Assembly: GCF_001194135.2 (NCBI RefSeq)
Contig: NC_069002.1
Location: forward strand, 23,000,951-23,064,950
DNA length: 64,000 bases
Direction: 5' to 3'
From: Octopus bimaculoides
Taxonomy: Eukaryota
Shown piece after piece: positions 1-11,708 of this stretch. The notes under the pieces were generated by a model. That model was not told where the DNA came from and ran no database searches. It saw only the letters and a list, made by a program, of their open reading frames with translations. How positions within the stretch are numbered: position 1 is the first letter of the stretch; each line of letters opens with the position of its first letter. Made by a program: the position numbers and the translations under genes.

Positions 1-78
1 TCCTTCCTAATGTTAACCGCATTATGGAATGTACTGGGTACTTTTTAGGTGGCACCAGCACCACTGCTTTTTACTATC

Positions 79-343
79 ATAATAATAATAACAATAATAA
101 TAATCATTGTTTCTGCTCTAGGCACAAGGCCTGGAATTTTGGGAGAAGGGTAAGTCCATTACATTGACACCCAGTGCTCAACTGGTTCTTATTTCATTGA
201 CCCTAAAAGAATGAAAGGCAAAGTCGACCTCGGTGGCATTTGAACTCCGAACATGAAGACATACAAAATACCACTAAACATTTCGCCCGAGATGCTAACG
301 ATTCTGCCAGCTCACCACTTTGATGATGATGATGATGATGATG

Positions 344-390
<47 letters not shown>

Positions 391-1070
391 CTTTTCTACT
401 CTAGGCACAAGGCCCGAAATTTTGGGGGAGGAGCCCAGTCGATTAGATCGACCCTAGTACGCAACTGTTGCTTAATTTATCGACCTCAAAAGAATGAAAG
501 GCAAAGTTGACCTCGGCGGAATTTGAACTCAGAACATAGCCAATTATTATTATTATTATTATTATTATTATCATTATTTCTACTCTAGGCACAAAGCCTT
601 GAAAATTTTGGCGCGGAAGGGGTCTAGTCAATTACATCAACCCCAGTGCATGACTGGTACTTATTTTTATTGACACTGAAAGGATGAAAGGCAAAGTGGA
701 CCTTGGCAGAATGTGAACTCAGGATGTAAAGACAGATGAAATACTGCTAAGCATTTTACCTGGTGTGCTAATGTTTCTGCCAGCTTGCAGCCAATAATAA
801 TAATGATGATAATAATAATAATAATAATAACCCTTTCTGCTATTGGCACAAGACCTGAAATTTTGGGGAAGGTGAGGCCAGTCGATTTGATCAATCCCAG
901 TATGCAACTGGTACTTAATTTATTGACCCTGAGGGGATGAAATGCAAAGTCAACCTTGGTGAAATTTGAACTCAGAATGTAGCAATGGTAGAAATACCAC
1001 TAAGCACTTCTGGTGGGATAATGTTTTTGCCAGCTCGCTGCAAATAATAATAATAATAATAATAATAATG
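79..1070 (-). mobile_element. Head-to-tail array of four tRNA-type SINE copies (family 1), separated by (AAT)n/(GAT)n/(ATT)n tracts
   Basis: Four copies of the same ~220-bp body (ttctactctaggcacaagg...ttgaactcagaa...ttctgccagctc) at about 104-318, 391-540 (head truncated), 577-792 and 831-1042. The minus-strand head has A-box-like TGGCAGAA and B-box-like GAGTTCAAATT. Confidence 0.9.
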
Positions 1071-2052
1071 ACAATGTATGTTTGTGTGTAGGTAGAAATA
1101 TTTGATATTCTGCCTAGCCTACGTTTTACTGGATTGGAGCCAGAATAACGAAAATACAATGGAGTTATAGAATATGTGATGTCAACAACAACAGCAACAG
1201 CAACAAACAATATTGCTTTTGTACTTGTTTCCGTTGTTTTTTGGAAATTATATTTGAGGTGTTACTATGCCATTCACCTTTCCATTTTGCTCCCACCCCC
1301 CATCTCTGAAGAAAAAAATTTTATTCTTAAGAAGGAAAATAATAAATGGATTGCTAAGGAAGAAAAATGCTCCATAAAACTTGATGGTAGGTTGGAAAAT
1401 ATGATCTTCATTATTTTTCTTCATTGTTCTTGTGTTGTTTTTTTTGTTATTTCTGAAGTTAAAATTAGAATACTGAACAATATTTGTAGGTATGTGTGTG
1501 TATATACATACGTATATATATATATATATATTTTTTCATTTCAAAGTTTCAGCTCAGAGCTGCGGCCATGCTGATGCACCACCGTGTCCATATATATATA
1601 TATATATACACACACATATATANNNNNNNNNNNNNNNNNNNNNNNNNNNNNNNNNNNNNNNNNNNNNNNNNNNNNNNNNNNNNNNNNNNNNNNNNNNNNN
1701 NNNNNNNNNNNNNNNNNNNNNNNNNNNNNNNNNNNNNNNNNNNNNNNNNNNNNNNNNNNNNNNNNNNNNNNNNNNNNNNNNNNNNNNNNNNNNNNNNNNN
1801 NNNNNNNNNNNNNNNNNNNNNNNNNNNNNNNNNNNNNNNNNNNNNNNNNNNNNNNNNNNNNNNNNNNNNNNNNNNNNNNNNNNNNNNNNNNNNNNNNNNN
1901 NNNNNNNNNNNNNNNNNNNNNNNNNNNNNNNNNNNNNNNNNNNNNNNNNNNNNNNNNNNNNNNNNNNNNNNNNNNNNNNNNNNNNNNNNNNNNNNNNNNN
2001 NNNNNNNNNNNNNNNNNNNNNNNNNNNNNNNNNNNNNNNNNNNNNNNNNNNN

Positions 2053-2090
<38 letters not shown>

Positions 2091-2176
2091 AATATGTATA
2101 TATAGATATGCATATATGTATGTATATTTATATGTATATATAGATATGCATATATGTATGTGTGTATATGTATGTC

Positions 2177-2217
<41 letters not shown>

Positions 2218-2399
2218 GTATGTGTATGTATACATGTATGTAAACATATGTACATATGTCTGTATATTAATGTATATATATATGTATACATACATATGCA
2301 TATGTATTTATGTGAGTGTCTGGATTGTTGAATGTTTGTGTTCCCAACACACAAAAGAAAAAAAACCAAAAAGCTATGCAAATACACAGAGCAAAGTTT

Positions 2400-2690
2400 G
2401 ATCTTGGATATCATCAGGCCTGTAATAAAGACGCTGTTAAGGTGTGTTACAGTTGCATAAAAAAAACCCCAAAAAACTTCTGCTGCCAATATAAACAAAC
2501 GAAAGAAAACATTTCTTGTACAAGCAAACAGAATTCTTCTCCTGTATAGAAGTTCTACAACCTTATTATCTGCTTTTACCCTGGTTGTGTCTTTCTGTAG
2601 TTTATTAAGTACGGTCTCTCTTACAAACAACAGTAGAACAAAAAGATATATAGGACTTACTGCCAATCACTTAAAAATGGTATACACGAT
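2400..2690 (+). mobile_element. Degenerate Penelope-like element fragment (GIY-YIG endonuclease region)
   Basis: Plus-strand translations NKDAVKVCYSC (~2424-2456) and KRYIGLTANHLKMVYT (2641-2688) resemble PLE motifs 'TVKVSYSC' and 'YIGLT..FK.RY'. Frames are broken; matched from memory. Confidence 0.45.
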
Positions 2691-2709
2691 ATATTTTATT
2701 TTTGTTTTT

Positions 2710-3100
2710 ACTTGTTTCAGACATTTGACTGTGGCCATGCTGTAGCACTTGAAGGGTTTTAGTTAAACTCACCCCAGTACTTATTTTTAAAATTATTTTT
2801 CAAGTCTGGTACTTATTCTGTTGGTCTCTTCTGCCAAAGTTTTAAGTGTTGTGGGGCATAAACAAGCTGGTTGTCAAGTGGTGGCTTACAAACAAAAGGT
2901 AACCACACACATATGCACATACACATTTGACAATGGGTTTCTTTCAGTTTCTGTCTACCAAATCCTCTCACAAGGCTTTCGTCAGTGCTCAGCTCAAGGC
3001 TATAGTAGAAGGCGCCTTCCCAATGTGCCATGTAGTGAGACTGAACTTGGAACCATGTAGCTGGGAAGCACACTTCTTACCACTCACCCAGTCCTGTGCC
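2710..3100 (-). mobile_element. CORE-like tRNA SINE (family 2; resembles octopus OR2-type), near full length
   Basis: Reverse complement of head (gcttcccagctacatggttccaagttcagtctcac...ggcacattggga), central region and tail (gaataagtacc...cagcatggccacagtcaaatg...gaaacaagtaaaa). Internal (CA)-rich spacer. Confidence 0.85.
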
Positions 3101-3989
3101 CATATATATGGACATATTTTGAAACTCAGAAAGACGCTTTACTACCTTATCATCCTAATATATTTGAAGAAGCTAGCTAAGAGCAAAACTTCGAAGTTAC
3201 TGTCAAATTTTTCCTTGGACATATAAATCTTAAAATCTATAATCTACTTAAATGTTTTGAGCAATCCTCAATACATAGTAACAAACAATGGCTGGCTATT
3301 TTTATGTATAACAGTACAAATGAAAAAATAGATTAATATAATACATTAATATCCAAATATATCTGGTATTTAAAGAATGATAATGTCAGCTACAATAAAA
3401 TCAATTGGTCTATCACAAAACGTATTCCCATATGTTAATGGTTCAATGAAATGTGATCTTGTTTCTTGAAAATGCATAACATCCTATAACTGCCTTAGGT
3501 AATTTGGAACAAAAGATTGGAATTGGTGAATTCTTACAAACACTCCTATCTGTAGTTATTGAGGAATTTTTCAAATATCAACTGGTTTTTATTTTCAACA
3601 TAATAGATTTACCCTGAATGATGGGCATACATAAAAAGTAAAAACCTTCCAGCTTTTCAGCAACACTAAAACTGCATTGACAATAGTCATCTTCCTTGCA
3701 GTTTTACACATATGCCTCAAAAGGCATGACGATCCTACATGTTTTTGCATGTGAATAGATAGACATATCATGTAATCTGTGTATAGATGAATCTGTGGAG
3801 CATTTTCTGATGTTCATTTTTGCTACTAATCACATCTCATTGACTAATAATATTTTTATGTGTTTACAAATATTTTTGCTTATATTTTGTCATGCTGTTT
3901 CCCTTTTCCACTTGTTTGAATAATTAGCACTGTAAAACTTGGAGTAATGACTTAAAAAGTTTTGGATTCTAATGATGTGTGTGTGTGTG

Positions 3990-5140
3990 TGTGTGTGTAA
4001 TTTATTGGAAGCTTAAACTTGGTAAATTATTATTCTGATGTATTCAACTGCAATCTTCAGATGACTGCAAAAAGTAGAACTTGAAATTTGCGATATTGAA
4101 ATTGCTTTCATATCATAATAGTTGCATATGGAATTATAAAAATCATATTGGTTGACCGTATAACTATTGTTTAAAAAAATACCTAAATTTTGGTACGAAT
4201 ATATTCTATCTTCGCCAAAGATCTAATGAAAGATTCCATTATAAGAATAAGAATTTGGATCAGCTGCACCCTCTCTTATCTACGAAATTGTTATCAATAA
4301 ATGTACATTGTCATTAGCTTTAAACCAGGTCACATTAGTACTTCTTATTAGGAGGAGACCTTTGCAATAGTGGTTTTACTGATAAAATATAATGGAACTC
4401 TCTTTAATGTTCTTAAGACTAAACAATAAACAAAGAAATCTATTATGTCCAGCCTTCAGTTTAAATGCATTCAGGCATATCACCAAGGACTTGTTAAGTT
4501 TTATATTTTATCATTTTACAATAAGTAATAGATATGATAAGATTTTTAATGAAATTCTCTTTAAGTAAACTCGTCTTTTCATAAAAAAATTTGGAAGCTC
4601 AGTTATTTTGACTTCAGAAAATTTTTCCAACAATAAAAGTAATGTTTATTTTTCTACTTGTAACTTCATTGCCTTTTAATGGTAATTGTCTCTCAAAACC
4701 TCTAAGATATTGCATTCGAGATTAGCCAGATAACACCAGTCTACCAAGAAATTGGATTGGATTGACTGAGAATTGCTTTAAAGTTTGTTTATGTTTTCAA
4801 AATATACATACATTAGAAAAAACTGGGAAAAGATTTCTCACAACCTTTTCAAAGCACATTTGGTTTTTAAAAGAGACACATGCAGTTACATTTAAAATTA
4901 GAAAGTAAGTTCTCAGACATACTATACTATTCCACATACACATGGGAGTTTTCATTAAAATTTACACTGCAAACTATGTAGAAGTGAGAAATTATACATA
5001 TTATATCAAGGCATCCGTTGATAAAGCAAATGGTTTGTGATGTCAGACAATTTCAGACAAACCTCAAATATTTACTTTATAATTATCTCCAAATGTCTGA
5101 GTAATTGAGAAAACTTGGAATAATATTGACATCTTTTCAC
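3990..5140 (-). mobile_element. Possible highly decayed hAT (Buster/Charlie-type) transposase remnant
   Basis: Only short, frameshifted minus-strand motifs: KCALKRL*EIF, LVDWCYLANL, and IPYAT near a FW..K..Y..L-like segment. Their order fits a hAT transposase, but the match is weak. Confidence 0.3.
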
Positions 5141-5153
5141 TTTAATCTTTTAA

Positions 5154-5455
5154 TTGTTTCAGTCATTGGCTTGTGGCCATGCCAGAGCACTGCCTTGAAG
5201 GGTTTTAGTTGAACAAATCAATGCCGGTACTTACTTTTTAAGTCTGGTACTTATTCCATCGGCTTCTTTTGTCAAACCGCTAAGAGCAATATAAACAAAC
5301 CAACACCAGTTACAAACAGTGGTGGGAAACACACACACAAAGTTTCTTTGAGTTTCTGTCTACTAAATCCACTTATAAGGGTTATAAAAGAAGAGACATA
5401 CTCAAGGTACCATACAATGGAACTGAGCCCAAAACCACATGCTTGAGAAACTTTT
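5154..5455 (-). mobile_element. Family-2 SINE copy (diverged, internally deleted)
   Basis: Same tail and head motifs as 2710-3100, with an internal (CA)n. Confidence 0.8.
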
Positions 5456-6740
5456 TACTACATATATTGTCAACATTTAGAATATTCTTCTTGCCTAAAC
5501 ACGTTGCTTCTGTACAGGTTATTTCTTCTACTCCAAATATCATCTCCATCCATCTCCTATTTTCCAAACAAAGGCTATGTTTTCATCTAATCCGATTCTA
5601 CTATTCCTTATTATCCAACCAGTGTACATTACGCTGAGAAACTTGGAGTAACAAATCATGTAGTTTTTGCTTCCAATAAATTATTCCACTCTACTTTCAA
5701 TATTGAGACCTCCCTTTATTTCCTTGTATATTTTAGTGTTTATGTGAGCAAATATGAACATGTATGTGTATGTGAATGTGTAAAGCTGTCTCTAAGAGTA
5801 TACATGCATACAAATGTATGCACACACATACATATATACTACCCTCCTCCTCACACATATACATATATATTGATATGTTATGTGTAAATATGCCAACAAA
5901 ACTGCTCTGAAAAACATTCCCATTCACACACACACACACACACACACTGTTATTTCCTGTATACTAACAAAGAAAAAAGAAAAACAAAGGAAAGACAGTT
6001 TGGTTGTAATAATGCATAGTTTCAATTTATGGCTTTTTTTTGGGGGAGGAAAATATTTTTTTGTCTGAATTTGAAATTATCTATTTGTTGTTATGTTTTT
6101 GGTATTTTATTTTAAAAAATCTTTTCCTTATTATCATTCATCTTTTCTCTGTCAGTGAATTTAGCTGAGTTGTTCCATTTTCCTGTTGATTTTCTTTCTG
6201 AACACACTGATTGCTTACTTGTCTCAGCAATACCGATATGCTTTTGTTACCCCTTCCTGCTAATGAAGTGCTATAAATCATCCAAGAGACTAGAATATGA
6301 AACAGTAAAAGACAGTAGAATCTGAGGAAAATGTTCTGTATTTGCAAAAAAATTATGCAAAGAATTTAAACAGTGAAATATGTTTTTATGCTGCAAGGAA
6401 GAACACAAGTCTAACTTTCCAGGCAGAACGGAACCCTTCATATGATATGATGTTCAGTTCTGGAACGTAACATGCTTGAATGAGCCAATGAGAGAGCATC
6501 TATGTAGTTACTTAACTTGTTAAAAATAGCAGTTAAATCTCCCTTAGATTACACCTGTGTTGAAAATCAACACACTGGATATTGTCTGGTGTTTGTTATT
6601 TCTGAAAAAAGGTAGGAGGGTTAACACTTGCCTACCGTTGATTATAAGTCTGTTTGATGAGGGCAAACTTTGGGTTAATGACCTGTTACATCATCACTGT
6701 TATCATTGGTTTTCCATGTTTGAGACTGAATTTGTCTATT

Positions 6741-7227
6741 CACACTACATGTGTGTGCCAGTGGAGCTAATTCCCACATGTCTGTCAGTGAAATGGTTTA
6801 TTGTAATTCATACTACATGTCTGCCAATGGAGCTAATTCCCACATGTCTGTCAGTGAAATGGTTTATTGTAATTCACACTACATGTCTGTGCCAGTGGTG
6901 CTAATTCCCACATGTCTGTTAGTGAAATGGTTTATTGTAATTCACACTACATGTCTGTGCCAGTGGAGCTAATTCCCACATGTCTGTCAGTGAAATGGTT
7001 TATTGTACNNNNNNNNNNNNNNNNNNNNCACTACATGTCTGTGCCAGTGGAGCTAATTCCCACATGTCTGTCAGTGAAATGGTTTATTGTAATTCACACA
7101 TGTCTGTGCCAGTGGCGCTAATTCCCACATGTCTGTGTCAGTGAAATGGTTTATTGTAATTCATACTACATGTCTGTGCCAGTGGAGCTAATTCCCACAT
7201 GTCTGTCAGTGAAATGGTTTATTGTAC
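6741..7227. repeat. Minisatellite, ~68-bp unit, at least 7 near-identical copies
   Basis: Unit cactacatgtctgtgccagtggagctaattcccacatgtctgtcagtgaaatggtttattgtaattca repeats directly with no spacers. A 20-N gap at 7009-7028 makes the copy number uncertain. Confidence 0.95.
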
Positions 7228-8775
7228 TTCCATGTCTTCATCTCCAATTTGTAGTAGTTGCCATAGAAACAACATGGGTATAGTGGTTGTGGTGGTGGTG
7301 GTGGTATTGGGAGTGAAACAATGTTGGTTGTAATGATGATGGTGGAGATGGTGCTCATAGTGGTGAAGTTGATGGTGATTGTGGTGGTGGTGGTGGTTTT
7401 TTATGAGGAGGGTGGGGGAAGATGGGTGTTGGTTGAGTTTGGTTGATGTTTGGACACCTTGAAGGAGGTGTAAGGTAGATTCCTCCCTACCCTCACAACC
7501 ACCCACCAACTAATAACAGCTTTTCTTGGTCTACATATATCTGTTATGGCTTGAAGAGATGATGATGATGATGATGATGATGATGATAATGCTGTATATG
7601 AATGTTACTGATAATGTTGGTGGGAGTGATGACAATAATTCCAATGATGTTGTTGTTGGTGATGATGACAATGCTGATGATGAAACGATGCAGTAGTCTT
7701 ATCTTGCACTTTAAATTACACACACACACACACACACACATAAATATGCACATACATGCAAATGTTTGTGTGTGTGTGTGTGCGCATATGCACACACACG
7801 TGTATGTATTTCTGCTTTGCTTATCATTGCTTAGAGATTAAGTGTTGCTTTTGTTTTATTTTTTTATTGGTTGTGGTGGGTGTGATGGGGTGGGAGGTGG
7901 AATTCTTTCACCTTTTATTCTCCCTCTTTCTCTCCCCCCTCTCTCCCCACGCTCTCTCAGAGGAAACGGACACTAACTCCGCCACCACCCTATTCAACAA
8001 GGAAATCTCAACTAGGTCAGTTGTGATGCTAGAAATAGCAGGCATTTTTTTTTTTCACATCTTAACATAAAGAACGAAGCAAAACGAAAAAGAAAGCTGT
8101 TTATTGATGTAGTCCTAGATACACTGTGCATACACATACACACACATGAATGAAACAAACAAAAGAATAAATGAAAAGAAAGGTTGATCATATTGGATCA
8201 TATTTGATCATCAGTCTGCTGGATCAGTGCCTGCCTTGGATTAAACAACAACAGCAACAATAACAACGTCAACAACAACATTACTCAAGTATTTACCTTC
8301 CAGCTACTTCCCTACCTACTTGTTGGTTCACCTTCACATCGCTCCTCTCCATCCATCTCCCACCTTTCTACCGCTCTATCTTCTCATTCATTACACCTCT
8401 CTTTCTCTCTCCAACCCTCCTCTAACTTTCTGCTAACCTAACTGCCCTCCCTCACCTCCTCACCTCCTTCCTCACCCCTCACCTCCTTTCTCACCTCCTC
8501 ACCTCCTTCCTCACCCCTCACCTCCTTCCTCACCCCCCACCTCTGCTGCTCTCTTCATCCATTCTCTTCTTATTATTCTCAGCCAGTTAGTTTCCACCAT
8601 CTTTATTCTGTCTTTACCTTGCTACTGGGCTCAGCAAAATTTAGAAGAATCTTTCTTGATCATCAGATCATATCTGGTCTTAATCACCTCTCTCTCTCTC
8701 TCATCCCAGCCCTCAGGCTCACCGTCACTCATTAGTATGGTTCACATCGTCATCATCACCATTATTACTATTATT

Positions 8776-9332
8776 GAATGAAAGAGCAGCACACACCATC
8801 AAAGTGACACTGGGGTACAAATATACAAAGCCTAATACACGCATCATGACTACCCGTCTGATAAGGCTACACCAGGTACATGCATCACAACCATACATGC
8901 AGGATGTGATGTTCTCATATCAAGATAAACAGTACATGACCTTGCAGGTAGGACCCAGTTAGAATTTTCTTCAGGTTGAGTAGCCCATCCTGCTCAAAAG
9001 GTCCCTGAATACGGTTTGTTTAAGGATGATGAATAAAACACCCATGTTTCCCAGGGTGAATTATTTAAACTCCAAAGAATTCCTCTCAATACATGGCTAT
9101 GATGCTCCCCCACTACTTCTGCTCGTGATCAGAGATGCACATATCGTCAGCCACCAAGGGACATGCTCAACTGGTTAAGGTCAAATAACTGACAAGCAAA
9201 TCTGTGGTATTGAGCAGAATATTTGCTGTAGCCCATCATTTATATCAAGACAAAACAATGTACACGATAACACTTCCAATCAATTAAGATCAGAAACCAT
9301 GAGAGCCACTGCCCGGTACTGCACCAGGGCAC
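8776..9332 (-). mobile_element. ~560-bp non-coding interspersed element flanked by (TAA)n on both sides (probable non-autonomous retroelement)
   Basis: Sharp boundaries against att-repeats at 8761-8775 and 9333-9378. No long ORF and no TIRs. Resembles a high-copy octopus repeat as I recall it. Strand assigned by analogy with the adjacent LINE ends. Confidence 0.65.
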
Positions 9333-9378
<46 letters not shown>

Positions 9379-9379
<1 letters not shown>

Positions 9380-9646
9380 TCATGTAAACTCACAGCTTAT
9401 TTTGCTGCGTATGATGGAAAGTGTCAGCTGTCCACAGCCAACAAACTAAGGTGACACTTGTTTACTGATCATACTTCAAGAACTCTGCAGAGAACTCTTG
9501 CAGTTCCAACCAATGTTGATTTTTACAGATTTTCTATCTTTACATTTGTACATATCTTTTTTGATCCACTTTGGTAGATGAGTGCTGATATTTCCAAGCA
9601 TCCCCAATTACTGCTGTTATCATGTCCACTCTCTTCATTGCCTACA

Positions 9647-9648
<2 letters not shown>
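9379..9648 (-). mobile_element. 5'-truncated R4/Dong-clade (RLE) LINE 3' end, copy A
   Basis: Minus strand encodes KL*AMKRVDMITAVIG / ...HLPKWIKKICTNVKIE... / STLVGTARVLCRVLEV*, matching the R4-type C-terminal consensus VPVVIGALG...QK..LLGTARILR.VL. Stop at 9469-9471, then a 90-nt 3'UTR and a (TAA)n tail. Confidence 0.85.
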
Positions 9649-9706
<58 letters not shown>

Positions 9707-9707
<1 letters not shown>

Positions 9708-10110
9708 GACATCACACAGTATACAATATCGGGAGGTTGTTGATTGAAGATATTGTGTCTACCGAGTGTTTGTACTTTTTGTCAAGTCACATCAAGGACC
9801 ACAGACAGACAGTTCTTTAAGCAATATGCGTGCAGTTCCAAGTCATGCCAACTTTTGCATTACATCTAGATTGTAGGGTATTTCTAAAGTTTTCAGATTG
9901 GGTGGTATCGAACCCAATGCTCCGATGACAACAGGGACAAACTTTATGTTTGACTCTCATAGCTGTCACATTTTGGCGATCTCATTTCTCAGGTCTCCAT
10001 TATTATTATCATATGCTATTGTTTCATCTCCTTTGCTCACAGCAGGTAATTTATTTGAGCTTTTGCCAGGTCAGATTCTTGAAACTTCATTATTTCATTG
10101 TTTTGATAAT
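9707..10110 (-). mobile_element. 5'-truncated R4/Dong-clade LINE 3' end, copy B (different subfamily)
   Basis: Minus strand encodes GDLRNEIAKM*QL*ESNIKFVPVVIGALGSIPPNLKTLEIPYNLDVMQKLA*LGTARILLKELSV. Its 3'UTR differs from copy A and is followed by (TAA)n at 9649-9706. Confidence 0.88.
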
Positions 10111-10790
10111 CACCACAAACCCTTCAGCGAGATTTTTCTCCATCACTTATCCACCATTGTTGTCATTCATTGTTCACCATTCATCATTTTTGCCAATGCT
10201 GTTAGTTTCTTCCCTTCTCGCATAGAATACCACAATGCGCTACAATCAACACACCACACCACAATATACCTATGCTACAGCCAGCACACTATAACATATC
10301 ATCAAGACACCATGCCATACTACAACCAATACATAAACATCTAGAAGCAACAGTCAAATCTCCCTCAAATCATGGTGTGTTGTCTTCATAAAGACATAAG
10401 GTGATGGAGTTTTACACTGCCTGTACATAAGAAAGCAGACAGGATGGTCATGGTAGAGATGCTTTTGATCATTAGTCTCCTCATCAGAGCTGACCGGGGG
10501 GCTAAACAACAACAACAAGGTACTATGATATATAGTACCCCCTGCCCCAACCCTCCAAAGATGACCACATCACAAAACATGTAAGGTGATTGAAAACTGA
10601 CACACCAAAAATGACCACACCCTTGTGTACCCTGGATAATTGCATCCCCAACATACACTGCAATGCATTACAAGTCTTTACACCATTTGTTATTTGCATC
10701 TTGTAACCATCATCAATGTCTGTCTGTTTGTTTGTCCCTATATTCTTTCTTCTCTTGCACTATACTGCAATACAGTGCAACACATCAATT

Positions 10791-10998
10791 TCAAATTTTG
10801 GCACAATGCCTGCAATTTCAAGGGAGTTGGATAAGTCTGTCAGTTCGACTCCAGTGTACAACTGGTATCTATTGACCCCCAAGAGGATTAAAGGTAAAGT
10901 TGACCTCAGTGGAAGTTGAACTCAGAATGTGAAGAAGAGCAAAAGTGCTGCTAAACATTTTTACCTGGTGTGCTAACGATTCTGTAAGCTTCCTGCCT
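10791..10998 (-). mobile_element. Family-1 SINE copy
   Basis: Same body as the 79-1070 array (gactccagtgtacaactggtatc...ggtaaagttgacctc...gaactcagaatg...gctaacgattctg). Confidence 0.85.
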
Positions 10999-11306
10999 TA
11001 ATACTGTGCAACATATTGCAGCACATGGCTGTTCATTATCTTATACCACATTATGCAACACTGCACCATACCACATTATGCAACACTGCACCATACCACA
11101 ATATGTTGTGCAATTGTGCAAGTGGCTATTGATTTTCATTACGTGTACAAAAGAAACGAAACTCGTACCAATTTGGTGACATTTCCGTCTGCAACATGCA
11201 CATGCATAGGTGCACACATATAGGTGCAGATGCAACAGGGTAGCTTTGTGACAATGCATTCACATGTACACACAGTCACGCATACATATTCTCTTTCTCA
11301 CACATG

Positions 11307-11348
<42 letters not shown>

Positions 11349-11653
11349 ATGCTGTTAAGTCAAAAATCTTTGTTCTCTTTCTGATCTTCCAATCTCTTTT
11401 TCTTTATTTTCTGTCTCAACAAATATCAGACATTGAATATAATGAGNNNNNNNNNNTTTGTTCTCTTTCTGATCTTCCAATCTCTTTTTCTTTATTTTCT
11501 GTCTCAACAAATATCAGACATTGAATATAATGAGAGAGAAGGGTGGAGGTGGTGGGGAGAGATGAGTTGATGGACAGATAGAGGGAGGTGGGGGAAGAGA
11601 AGAAGGAGGCTAGATGGAAAAAGGAAGAGTGAAAGAGACAGGCATGAGAGAGT

Positions 11654-11708
<55 letters not shown>

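Noticed and set aside
1312-1386. Possible 75-nt symmetric exon (KNFILKKENNKWIAKEEKCSIKLD)
   Set aside because: AAG acceptor, no recognisable protein and no partner exon; cannot be supported without RNA data.
6741-7227. CRISPR-like appearance of the 68-bp array and of the 66-bp RTE array
   Set aside because: Whole units repeat with no unique spacers, the context is eukaryotic, and there are no cas genes.
11370-11534. 78-bp direct duplication
   Set aside because: The identical copies sit on either side of a 10-N gap, typical of an unmerged contig overlap.
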